From: the human T2T-CHM13v2.0 reference genome, Homo sapiens | DNA length: 64,000 bases | Direction: 5' to 3' (one strand) | Assembly: GCF_009914755.1 (NCBI RefSeq) | Contig: NC_060925.1 | Shown here: positions 37,201 through 50,500 of the stretch, one piece after another | Position numbering within the stretch: position 1 is the stretch's first letter | Layout: the number at the start of each line of letters is the position of its first letter | The notes under the pieces: model-generated | The model's input: only the letters and a program-made list of their open reading frames with translations | The model's database searches: none | What the model was told of the DNA's origin: nothing | Program-made: the position numbers and the translations under genes

Positions 37201-40200
37201 AACTAGACAGAATCATTCTCAGAAACTGCTGCGTGATGTGTGCGTTCAACTCTCAGATTTTAACTTTTCTTTTCATTCAGCGGTTTGGAAACACTCTGTT
37301 TGTAAAGTCTGCACGTGGAAATTTTGACCACTTAGAGGCCTTCGTTGGAAACGGGTTTTTTTCATGTAAGGCTAGACAGAAGAATTCCCAGTAACTTCCT
37401 TGTGTTGTGTGCATTCAACTCACAGAGTTGAACGTTCCCTTAGACAGAGCAGATTTGAAACACTCTATTTGTGCAATTTGCAAGTGTAGATTTCAAGCGC
37501 TTTAAGGTCAATGGCAGAAAAGGAAATACCTTCGTTTCAAAACTAGACAGAATGATTCCAACAAACTGCGTTGTGATGTGTTCGTTCAACTCACAGAGTT
37601 TAACCTTTCTGTTCATAGAGCAGTTAGGAAACACTCTGTTTGTAAAGTCTGTAAGTGGATATTCTGACATCTTGTGGCCTTCGTTGGAAACGGGATTTCT
37701 TCATATTCTGCTAGACAGAAGAATTCTCAGTAACTTCCTTCTGTTGTGTGTATTCAACTCACAGAGTTGAACGATCCTTTACACAGAGCAGACTTGAAAC
37801 ACTCTTTTTGTGGAATTTGCAAGTGGAGATTTCAGCCGCTTTGAGGTCAATGGTAGAAAAGGAAACTATCTTCATATAAAGACTAGACAGAATGATTCTC
37901 AGAAAATCTTTTGTGATGTGTGCGTTCAACTCACAGAGATTAACTTTTCTTCTCATAGAGCAGTTAGGAAACACTCTGTTTGTAAAGTGTGCAAGTGGAT
38001 ATTCAGACCTCTTTGAGGCCTTCGTTGGAAACGGGATTTCTTCATATTATGCTAGACAGAATAATTCTCAGTAACTTCCTTGTGTTGTGTGTATTCAACT
38101 CACAGAGTTGAAGGATCCTTTACAGAGAGCAGGCTTGAAACACTCTTTTTGTCGAATTTGCAAGTGGAGATTTCAGCCGCTTTGAGGTCAATGGTAGAAT
38201 AGGAAATATCTTCTTATAGAAACTAGACAGAATGATTCTCATAAACTCCTTTGTGATGTGTGCGTTCAACTCACAGAGTTTAACCTTTCTGTTCATAGAG
38301 CAGTTAGGAAACACTCTGTTTGTAAAGTGTGCAAGTGGATATTCAGACCTCTTTGAGGCCTTCGTTGGAAACGGGATTTCTTCATATTATGCTAGACAGA
38401 ATAATTCTCAGTAACTTCCTTGTGTTGTGTGTATTCAACTCACAGAGTTGAAGGATCCTTTACAGAGAGCAGGCTTCAAACACTCTTTTTGTCGAATTTG
38501 CAAGTGGAGATTTCAGCCGCTTTGAGGTCAATGGTAGAATAGGAAATATCTTCTTATAGAAACTAGACAGAATGATTCTCATAAACTCCTTTGTGATGTG
38601 TGCGTTCAACTCACAGAGTTTAACCTTTCTTTTCATAGAGCAGTTAGGAAACACTCTGTTTGTAAAGTCTGCAAGTGGATATTCAGACCTCCTTGAGGCC
38701 TTCGTTGGAAACGGGATTTCTTCATATTCTGCTAGACAGAAGAATTCTCAGTAACTTCCTTGTGTTGTGTTTATTCAACTCACAGAGTTGAATGATCCTT
38801 TACACAGAGCAGACTTGAAACACTCTTTTTGTGGAATTTGCAAGTGGAGATTTCAGCCGCTTTGAGGTCAATGGTAGAATAGGAAATATCTTCCTATAAA
38901 AACTAGACAGAACGATTCTCAGAAATTCCTTTGTGATGTGTGCGTTCAACTCACAGAGTTTAACCTTTCTTTTCATAGAGCAGTTAGGAAACACTCTGTT
39001 TGTAAAGTCTGCAAGTGGATATTCAGACCTCTTTGAGGCCTTCGTTGGAAACGGGATTTCTTCCTATTCTGCTAGACAGAAGAATTCTCAGTAACTTCCT
39101 TGTGTTGTGTGTATTCAACTCACAGAGTTGAACGATCCTTTACACAGAGCAGACTTGAAACACTCTTTTTGTGGAATTTGCAAGTGGAGATTTCAGCCGC
39201 TTTGAGGTCAATAGTAGAAAAGGAAATATCTTCGTAGAAAAACTAGACAGAATGATTCTCAGAAACTCCTTTGTGATGTGTGTGTTCAACTCACAGAGTT
39301 TAACCTTTCTTTTCCTAGAGCAGTTAGTAAACACTCTGTTTATAAAGTCTGCAAGTGGATATTCCGACCCCTTTGAGGCCTTCTTTGGAAACGGGATTTC
39401 TTCATATTATGCTAGACAGAAGAATTCTCAGTAACTTCCTTGTGTTGTGTGTATTCAACTGACAGAGTTGAACTTTCATTTAGAGAGAGCAGATTTGAAA
39501 CACTGTTTTTGTGGAATTTGCAAGTGGAGATTTCAAGCGCTTTGGGGCCAAAGGCAGAAAAGGAAATATCTTCGTATAAAAACTAGACAGAATCATTCTC
39601 AGAAACTGCTGCGTGATGTGTGCGTTCAACTCTCAGAGTTTAACTTTTCTTTTCATTCAGCGGTTTGGAAACACTCTGTTTGGAAAGACTGCACGTGGAA
39701 ATTTTGACCACTTAGAGGCCTTCGTTGGAAACGGGTTTTTTTCATGTAAGGCTAGACAGAAGAATTCCCAGTAACTTCCTTGTGTTGTGTGCATTCAACT
39801 CACAGAGTTGAACGTTCCCTTAGACAGAGCAGAATTGAAACACTCTATTTGTACAATTTGCAAGTGTAGATTTCAAGCGCTTTAAGGTCAATGGCAAAAA
39901 AGGAAATATCTTCGTTTCAAAACTAGACAGAATCATTCCCACAAACTGCGTTGTGATGTGTTCGTTCAACTCACAGAGTATAACCTTTCTGTTCATAGAG
40001 CAGTTAGGAAACACTCTGTTTGTAAAGTCTGCAAGTGGATATTCAGACCTCCTTGAGGCCTTCGTTGGAAACGGGATTTCTTCATATTCTGCTAGACAGA
40101 AGAATTCTCAGTAACTTCCTTGTGTTGTGTTTATTCAACTCACAGAGTTGAATGATCCTTTACACAGAGCAGACTTGAAACACTCTTTTTGTGGAATTTG

Positions 40201-43200
40201 CAAGTGGAGATTTCAGCCGCTTTGAGGTCAATGGTTGAAAAGGAAATATCTTCGTATAAAGACTAGACAGAATGATTCTCAGAAACTCCTTTGTGATGTG
40301 TGCGTTCAACTCACAGAGTTTAACCTTTCTGTTCATAGAGCAGTTAGGAAACACTCTGTTTGTAAAGTCTGCAAGTGGATATTCAGACCTCCTTGAGGCC
40401 TTCGTTGGAAACGGGATTTCTTCATATTCTGCTAGACAGAAGAATTCTCAGTAACTTCTTTGTGTTGCGTGTATTCAACTCACAGAGTTGAACGATCCTT
40501 TACACAGAGGAGACTTGAAACACTCTTTTTGTGGAATTTGCAAGTGGAGATTACAGCCGCTTTGAGGTCAATGGTAGAAAAGGAAATATCTTCGTATAAA
40601 GACTAGACAGAATGATTCTCATAAACTCCTTTGTGATGTGTGCGTTCAAATCACAGAGTTTAACTTTTCTTTTCATAGAGCAGTTAGGAAACACTCTGTT
40701 TGTAAAGTCTGCAAGTGGATATTCAGACCTCTTTGAGGCCTTCGTTGGAAACGGGATTTCTTCATATTATGCTAGACAGAATAATTCTCAGTAACTTCCT
40801 TGTGTTGTGTGTATTCAACTCACAGAGTTGAACGATCCTTTACACAGAGCAGACTTGAAACACTCTTTTTGTGGAATTTGCAAGTGGAGATTTCAGCCGC
40901 TTTGAGGTCAATGGTAGAATAGGAAATATCTTCCTATAGAAACTAGACAGAACGATTCTCAGAAACTCCTTTGTGATGTGTGCGTTCAACTCACAGAGTT
41001 TAACCTTTCTTTTCATAGAGCAGTTAGGAAACACTCTGTTTGTAAAGTCTGCAAGTGGATATTCAGACCTCTTTGAGGCCTTCGTTGGAAACGGGATTTC
41101 TTCATATTCTGCTAGACAGAAGAATTCTCAGTAACTTGCTTGTGTTGTGTGTATTCAACTCACAGAGTTGAACGATCCTTTACACAGAGCAGACTTGAAA
41201 CACTCTTTTTGTGGAATTTGCAAGTGGAGATTTCAGCCGCTTTGAGGTCAATAGTAGAAAAGGAAATATCTTCGTAGAAAAACTAGACAGAATGATTCTC
41301 AGAAACTCCTTTCTCATGTGTGTGTTCAACTCACAGAGTTTAACCTTTCTTTTCCTAGAGCAGTTAGTAAACACTCTGTTTATAAAGTCTGCAAGTGGAT
41401 ATTCAGACCCCTTTGAGGCCTTCGTTGGAAACGGGATTTCTTCATATTATGCTAGACAGAAGAATTCTCAGTAACTTCCTTGTGTTGTGTGTATTCAACT
41501 GACAGAGTTGAACTTTCATTTAGAGAGAGCAGATTTGAAACACTGTTTTTGTGGAATTTGCAAGTGGAGATTTCAAGCGCTTTGGGGCCAAAGGCAGAAA
41601 AGGAAATATCTTCGTATAAAAACTAGACAGAATCATTCTCAGAAACTGCTGCGTGATGTGTGCGTTCAACTCTCAGAGTTTAACTTTTCTTTTCATTCAG
41701 CGGTTTGGAAACACTCTGTTTGTAAAGACTGCACGTGGATATTTTGACCACTTAGAGGCCTTCGTTGGAAACGGATTTTTTTTCATGTAAGGCTAGACAG
41801 AAGAATTCCCAGTAACTTCCTTGTGTTGTGTGTATTCAACTCACAGAGTTGATCGATCCTTTACACAGAGCAGACTTGAAACACTCTTTTTGTGGAATTT
41901 GCAAGTGGAGATTTCAGCCGCTTTGAGGTCAATGGTAGAAAAGGAAACTATCTTCATATAAAGACTAGACAGAATGATTCTCAGAAAATCTTTTGTGATG
42001 TGTGCGTTCAACTCACAGAGTTTAACTTTTCTTCTCATAGAGCAGTTAGGAAACACTCTGTTTGTAAAGTCCGCAAGTGGATATTCAGACCTCTTTGAGG
42101 CCTTCGTTGGAAACGTGATTTCTTCATATTATGCTAGACAGAATAATTCTCAGTAACTTCCTTGTGTTGTGTGTATTCAACTCACCGAGTTGAAGGATCC
42201 TTTACAGAGAGCAGGCTTGAAACACTCTTTTTGTCGAATTTGCAAGTGGAGATTTCAGCCGCTTTGAGGTGAATGGTAGAATAGGAAATATCTTCTTAGA
42301 GAAACTAGACAGAATGATTCTCATAAACTCCTTTGTGATGTGTGCGTTCAACTCACAGAGTTTAACCTTTCTTTTCATAGAGCAGTTAGGAAACACTCTG
42401 TTTGTAAAGTCTGCAAGTGGATAATCAGACCTCCTTGAGGCCTTCTTTGGAAACGGGATTTCTTCATATTCTGCTAGACAGAAGAATTCTCAGTAACTTC
42501 CTTGTGTTGTATTTATTCAACTCACAGAGTTGAATGATCCTTTACACAGAGCAGACTTGAAACACTCTTTTTGTGGAATTTGCAAGTGGAGATTTCAGCC
42601 GCTTTGAGGTCAATGGTAGAAAAGTAAATATCTTCGTGTAAAGACTAGACAGAATGATTCTCAGAAAATCTTTTGTGATGTGTGCGTTCAACTCACAGAG
42701 TTTAACTTTTCTTCTCATAGAGCAGTTAGGAAACACTCTGTTTGTAAAGTCCGCAAGTGGATATTCAGACCTCTTTGAGGCCTTCTTTGGAAACGGGATT
42801 TCTTCATATTCTGCTAGACAGAAGAATTCTCAGTAACTTCCTTGTGTTGTGTGTATTCATCTCACCGAGTTGAAGGATCCTTTACAGAGAGCAGGCTTGA
42901 AACACTCTTTTTGTCGAATTTGCAAGTGGAGATTTCAGCCGCTTTGAGGTGAATGGTAGAATAGGAAATATCTTCTTATAGAAACTAGACAGAATGATTC
43001 TCATAAACTCCTTTGTGATGTGTGCGTTCAACTCACAGAGTTTAACCTTTCTTTTCATAGAGCAGTTAGGAAACACTCTGTTTGTAAAGTCTGCAAGTGG
43101 ATATTCAGACCTCCTTGAGGCCTTCGTTGGAAACGGGATTTCTTCATATTCTGCTAGACAGAAGAATTCTCAGTAACTTCCTTGTGTTGTGTTTATTCAA

Positions 43201-44526
43201 CTCACAGAGTTGAATGATCCTTTACACAGAGCAGACTTGAAACACTCTTTTTGTGGAATTTGCAAGTGGAGATTTCAGCCGCTTTGAGGTCAATGGTAGA
43301 AAAGTAAATATCTTCGTGTAAAGACTAGACAGAATGATTCTCAGAAACTCCTTTGTGATGTGTGCGTTCAACTCACAGAGTTTAACCTTTCTTTTCATAG
43401 AGCAGTTAGGAAACACTCTGTTTGTAAAGTCTGCAAGTGGATATTCAGACCTCTTTGAGGCCTTCGTTGGAAACGGGATTTCTTCATATTCTGCTAGACA
43501 GAAGAATTCTCAGTAACTTCCTTGTGTTGTGTGTATTCAACTCACAGAGTTGAACGATCCTTTACACAGAGCAGACTTGAAACACTCTTTTTGTGGAATT
43601 TGCAAGTGGAGATTTCAGCCGCTTTGAGGTCAATAGTAGAAAAGGAAATATCTTCGTAGAAAAACTAGACAGAATGATTCTCAGAAACTCCTTTGTGATG
43701 TGTGTGTTCAACTCACAGAGTTTAACCTTTCTTTTCCTAGAGCAGTTAGTAAACACTCTGTTTATAAAGTCTGCAAGTGGATATTCAGACCCCTTTGAGG
43801 CCTTCGTTGGAAACGGGATTTCTTCATATTATGGTAGACAGAAGAATTCTCAGTAACTTCCTTGTGTTGTGTGTATTCAACTGACAGAGTTGAACTTTCA
43901 TTTAGAGAGAGCAGATTTGAAACACTGTTTTTGTGGAATTTGCAAGTGGAGATTTCAAGCGCTTTGGGGCCAAAGGCAGAAAAGGAAATATCTTCGTATA
44001 AAAACTAGACAGAATCATTCTCAGAAACTGCTGCGTGATGTGTGCGTTCAACTCTCAGAGTTTAACTTTTCTTTTCATTCAGCGGTTTGGAAACACTCTG
44101 TTTGTAAAGTCTGCACGTGGATATTTTGACCACTTAGAGGCCTTCGTTGGAAACGGGTTTTTTTCATGTAAGGCTAGACAGAAGAATTCCCAGTAACTTC
44201 CTTGTGTTGTGTGCATTCAACTCACAGAGTTGAACGTTCCCTTAGACAGAGCAGATTTGAAACACTCTATTTGTGCAATTTGCAAGTGTAGATTTCAAGC
44301 GCTTTAAGGTCAATGGTAGAAAAGGAAATATCTTCGTTTCAAAACTAGACAGAATCATTCCCACAAACTGCGTTGTGATGTGTTCGTTCAACTCACAGAG
44401 TTTAACCTTTCTGTTCATAGAGCAGTTAGGAAACACTCTGTAAAGTCTGTAAGTGGATATTCTGACATCTTGTGGCCTTCGTTGGAAACGGGATTTCTTC
44501 ATATTCTGCTAGACAGAAGAATTCTC

Positions 44527-47500
44527 AGTAACTTCCTTGTGTTGTGTGTATTCAACTCACAGAGTTGAACGATCCTTTACACAGAGCAGACTTGAAACAC
44601 TCTTTTTGTGGAATTTGCAAGTGGAGATTTCAGCCGCTTTGAGGTCAATGGTAGAAAAGGAAATATCTTCGTATAAAGACTAGACAGAATGATTCTCATA
44701 AACTCCTTTGTGATGTGTGCGTTCAACTCACAGAGTTTAACTTTTCTTTTCATAGAGCAGTTAGGAAACACTCTGTTTGTAAAGTCTGCAAGTGGATATT
44801 CAGACCTCTTTGAGGCCTTCGTTGGAAACGGGATTTCTTCATATTCTGCTAGACAGAATAATTCTCAGTAACTTCCTTGTGTTGTGTGTATTCAACTCAC
44901 AGAGTTGAACGATCCTTTACACAGAGCAGACTTGAAACATTCTTTTTGTGGAATTTGCAACTGGAGATTTCAGCCGCTTTGAGGTCAATGGTAGAATAGG
45001 AAATATCTTCCTATAGAAACTAGACAGAACGATTCTCAGAAACTCCTTTGTGATGTGTGCGTTCAACTCACAGAGTTTAACTTTTCTTTTCATAGAGCCG
45101 TTAGGAAACACTCTGTTTGTAAAGTCTGCAAGTGGATATTCAGACCTCTTTGAGGTCTTCGTTGGAAACGGGATTTCTTCCTATTCTGCTAGACAGAAGA
45201 ATTCTCAGTAACTTCCTTGTGTTGTGTGTATTCAACTCACAGAGTTGAACGATCCTTTACACAGAGCAGACTTGAAACACTCTTTTTGTGGAATTTGCAA
45301 GTGGAGATTTCAGCCGCTTTGAGGTCAATAGTAGAAAAGGAAATATCTTCGTAGAAAAACTAGACAGAATGATTCTCAGAAACTCCTTTGTGATGTGTGT
45401 GTTCATCTCACAGAGTTTAACCTTTCTTTTCATAGAGCAGTTAGTAAACACTCTGTTTATAAAGTCTGCAAGTGGATATTCAGACCCCTTTGAGGCCTTC
45501 GTTGGAAACGGGATTTCTTCATATTATGCTAGACAGAAGAATTCTCAGTAACTTCCTTGTGTTGTGTGTATTCAACTGACAGAGTTGAACTTTCATTTAG
45601 AGAGAGCAGATTTGAAACACTGTTTTTGTGGAATTTGCAAGTGGAGATTTCAAGCGCTTTGGGGCCAAAGGCAGAAAAGGAAATATCTTCGTATAAAAAC
45701 TAGACAGAATCATTCTCAGAAACTGCTGCGTGATGTGTGCGTTCAACTCTCAGAGTTTAACTTTTCTTTTCATTCAGCGGTTTGGAAACACTCTGTTTGT
45801 AAAGTCTGCACGTGGATATTTTGACCACTTAGAGGCCTTCGTTGGAAACGGGTTTTTTTCATGTAAGGCTAGACAGAAGAATTCCCAGTAACTTCCTTGT
45901 GTTGTGTGCATTCAACTCACAGAGTTGAACGTTCCCTTAGACAGAGCAGATTTGAAACACTCTATTTGTGCAATTTACAAGTGTAGATTTCAAGCGCTTT
46001 AAGGTCAACGGCAGAAAAGGAAATATCTTCGTTTCAAAACTAGACAGAATCATTCCCACAAACTGCGTTGTGATGTGTTCGTTCAACTAACAGAGTTTAA
46101 CCTTTCTGTTCATAGAGCAGTTAGGAAACACTCTGTTTGTAAAGTCTGCAAGTGGATATTCAGACCTCCTAGAGGCCTTCGTTGGAAACGGGATTTCTTC
46201 ATATTCTGCTAGACAGAAGAATTCTCAGTAACTTCCTTGTGTTGTGTGTATTCAACTCACAGAGTTGAACGATCCTTTACACAGAGCAGACTTGAAACAC
46301 TCTTTTTGTGGAATTTGCAAGTGGAGATTTCAGCCGCTTTGAGGTCAATGGTAGAAAAGGAAACTATCTTCATATAAAGACTAGACAGAATGATTCTCAG
46401 AAAATCTTTTGTGATGTGTGCGTTCAACTCACAGAGTTTAACTTTTCTTCTCATAGAGCAGTTAGGAAACACTCTGTTTGTAAAGTCTGCAAGTGGATAT
46501 ACAGACCTCTTTGAGGCCTTCGTTGGAAACGGGATTTCTTCATATTGTGCTAGACAGAATAATTCTCAGTAACTTCCTTGTGTTGTGTGTATTCAACTCA
46601 CCGAGTTGAAGGATCCTTTACAGAGAGCAGGCTTGAAACACTCTTTTTGTCGAATGTGCAAGTGGAGATTTCAGCCGCTTTGAGGTGAACGGTAGAATAG
46701 GAAATATCTTCTTATAGAAACTAGACAGAATGATTCTCATAAACTCCTTTGTGATGTGTGCGTTCAACTCACAGAGTTTAACCTTTCTTTTCATAGAGCA
46801 GTTAGGAAACACTCTGTTTGTAAAGTCTGCAAGTGGATATTCAGACCTCCTTGAGGCCTTCGTTGGAAACGGGATTTCTTCATATTCTGCTAGACAGAAG
46901 AATTCTCAGTAACTTCCTTGTGTTGTGTTTATTCAACTCACAGAGTTGAATGATCCTTTACACAGAGCAGACTTGAAACACTCTTTTTGTGGAATTTGCA
47001 AGTGGAGATTTCAGCCGCTTTGAGGTCAATGGTAGAAAAGTAAATATCTTCGTATAAAGACTAGACAGAATGATTCTCAGAAACTCCTTTGTGATGTGTG
47101 CGTTCAACTCACAGAGTTTAACCTTTCTGTTCATAGAGCAGTTAGGAAACACTCTGTTTGTAAAGTCTGCAAGTGGATGTTCAGACCTCCTTGAGGCCTT
47201 CGTTGGAAACCGGATTTCTTCATATTCTGCTAGACAGAAGAATTCTCAGTAACTTCTTTGTGTTGTGTGTATTCAACTCACAGAGTTGAACGATCCTTTA
47301 CACAGAGCAGACTTGAAACACTCTTTTTGTGGAATTTGCAAGTGGAGATTACAGCCGCTTTGAGGTCAATGGTAGAAAAGGAAATATATTCGTATAAAGA
47401 CTAGACAGAATGATTCTCATAAACTCCTCTGTGATGAGTGCGTTCAAATCACAGAGTTTAACTTTTCTTTTCATAGAGCAGTTAGGAAACACTCTGTTTG

Positions 47501-50500
47501 TACAGTCTGCAAGTGGATATTCAGACCTCTTTGATGTCTTCGTTGGAAACGGGATTTCTTCATATTATGCTAGACAGAATAATTCTCAGTAACTTCCTTG
47601 TGTTGTGTGTATTCAACTCACAGAGTTGAACGATCCTTTACACAGAGCAGACTTGAAACACTCTTTTTGTGGAATTTGCAAGTGGAGATTTCAGCCGCTT
47701 TGAGGTCAATGGTAGAATAGGAAATATCTTCCTATAGAAAATAGACAGAACGATTCTCAGAAACTCCTTTGTGATGTGTGCGTTCAACTCACAGAGTTTA
47801 ACTTTTCATAGAGCCGTTAGGAAACACTCTGTTTGTAAAGTCTGCAAGTGGATATTCAGACCTCTTTGAGGTCTTCGTTGGAAACGGGATTTCTTCCTAT
47901 TCTGCTAGACAGAAGAATTCTCAGTAACTTCCTTGTGTTGTGTGTATTCAACTCACAGAGTTGAACGATCCTTTACACAGAGCAGACTTGAAACACTCTT
48001 TTTGTGGAATTTGCAAGTGGAGATTTCAGCCGTTTTGAGGTCAATAGTAGAAAAGGAAATATCTTCGTAGAAAAACTAGACAGAATGATTCTCAGAAACT
48101 CCTTTGTGATGTGTGTGTTCATCTCACAGAGTTTAACCTTTCTTTTCATAGAGCAGTTAGTAAACACTCTGTTTATAAAGTCTGCAAGTGGATATTCAGA
48201 CCCCTTTGAGGCCTTCGTTGGAAACGGGATTTCTTCATATTATGCTAGACAGAAGAATTCTCAGTAACTTCCTTGTGTTGTGTGTATTCAACTGACAGAG
48301 TTGAACTTTCATTTAGAGAGAGCAGATTTGAAACACTGTTTTTGTGGAATTTGCAAGTGGAGATTTCAAGCGCTTTGGGGCCAAAGGCAGAAAAGGAAAT
48401 ATCTTCGTATAAAAACTAGACAGAATCATTCTCAGAAACTGCTGCGTGATGTGTGCGTTCAACTCTCAGAGTTTAACTTTTCTTTTCATTCAGCGGTTTG
48501 GAAACACTCTGTTTGTAAAGTCTGCACGTGGATATTTTGACCACTTAGAGGCCTTCGTTGGAAACGGGTTTTTTTCATGTAAGGCTAGACAGAAGAATTC
48601 CCAGTAACTTCCTTGTGTTGTGTGCATTCAACTCACAGAGTTGAACGTTCCCTTAGACAGAGCAGATTTGAAACACTCTATTTGTGCAATTTACAAGTGT
48701 AGATTTCAAGCGCTTTAAGGTCAACGGCAGAAAAGGAAATATCTTCGTTTCAAAACTAGACAGAATCATTCCCACAAACTGCGTTGTGATGTGTTCGTTC
48801 AACTCACAGAGTTTAACCTTTCTGTTCATAGAGCAGTGAGGAAACACTCTGTTTGTAAAGTCTGCAAGTGGATATTCAGACCTCCTAGAGGCCTTCGTTG
48901 GAAACGGGATTTCTTCATATTCTGCTAGACAGAAGAATTCTCAGTAACTTCCTTGTGTTGTGTGTATTCAACTCACAGAGTTGAACGATCCTTTACACAG
49001 AGCAGACTTGAAACACTCTTTTTGTGGAATTTGCAAGTGGAGATTTCAGCCGCTTTGAGGTCAATGGTAGAAAAGGAAATATCTTCGTATAAAGACTAGA
49101 CAGAATGATTCTCATAAACTCCTTTGTGATGTGTGCGTTCAACTCACAGAGTTTAACTTTTCTTTTCATAGAGCAGTTAGGAAACACTCTGTTTGAAAAG
49201 TCTGCAAGTGGATATTCAGAGCTCTTTGAGGCCTTCGTTGGAAACGGGATTTCTTCATATTCTGCTAGACAGAATAATTCTCAGTAACTTCCTTGTGTTG
49301 TGTGTATTCAACTCACAGAGTTGAACGATCCTTTACACAGAGCAGACTTGAAACATTCTTTTTGTGGAATTTGCAACTGGAGATTTCAGCCGCTTTGAGG
49401 TCAATGGTAGAATAGGAAATATCTTCCTATAGAAACTAGACAGAACGATTCTCAGAAACTCCTTTGTGATGTGTGCGTTCAACTCACAGAGTTTAACTTT
49501 TCTTTTCATAGAGCCGTTAGTAAACACTCTGTTTATAAAGTCTGCAAGTGGATATTCAGACCTCTTTGAGGTCTTCGTTGGAAACGGGATTTCTTCCTAT
49601 TCTGCTAGACAGAAGAATTCTCAGTAACTTCCTTGTGTTGTGTGTATTCAACTCACAGAGTTGAACGATCCTTTACACAGAGCAGACTTGAAACACTCTT
49701 TTTGTGGAATTTGCAAGTGGAGATTTCAGCCGCTTTGAGGTCAATAGTAGAAAAGGAAATATCTTCGTAGAAAAACTAGACAGAATGATTCTCAGAAACT
49801 CCTTTGTGATGTGTGTGTTCATCTCACAGAGTTTAACCTTTCTTTTCATAGAGCAGTTAGTAAACACTCTGTTTATAAAGTCTGCAAGTGGATATTCAGA
49901 CCCCTTTGAGGCCTTCGTTGGAAACGGGATTTCTTCATATTATGCTAGACAGAAGAATTCTCAGTAACTTCCTTGTGTTGTGTGTATTCAACTGACAGAG
50001 TTGAACTTTCATTTAGAGAGAGCAGATTTGAAACACTGTTTTTGTGGAATTTGCAAGTGGAGATTTCAAGCGCTTTGGGGCCAAAGGCAGAAAAGGAGAT
50101 ATCTTCGTATAAAAACTAGACAGAATCATTCTCAGAAACTGCTGCGTGATGTGTGCGTTCAACTCTCAGAGTTTAACTTTTCTTTTCATTCAGCGGTTTG
50201 GAAACACTCTGTTTGTAAAGTCTGCACGTGGATATTTTGACCACTTAGAGGCCTTCGTTGGAAACGGGTTTTTTTCATGTAAGGCTAGACAGAAGAATTC
50301 CCAGTAACTTCCTTGTGTTGTGTGCATTCAACTCACAGAGTTGAACGTTCCCTTAGACAGAGCAGATTTGAAACACTCTATTTGTGCAATTTACAAGGGT
50401 AGATTTCAAGCGCTTTAAGGTCAACGGCAGAAAAGGAAATATCTTCGTTACAAAACTAGACAGAATCATTCCCACAAACTGCGTTGTGATGTGTTCGTTC

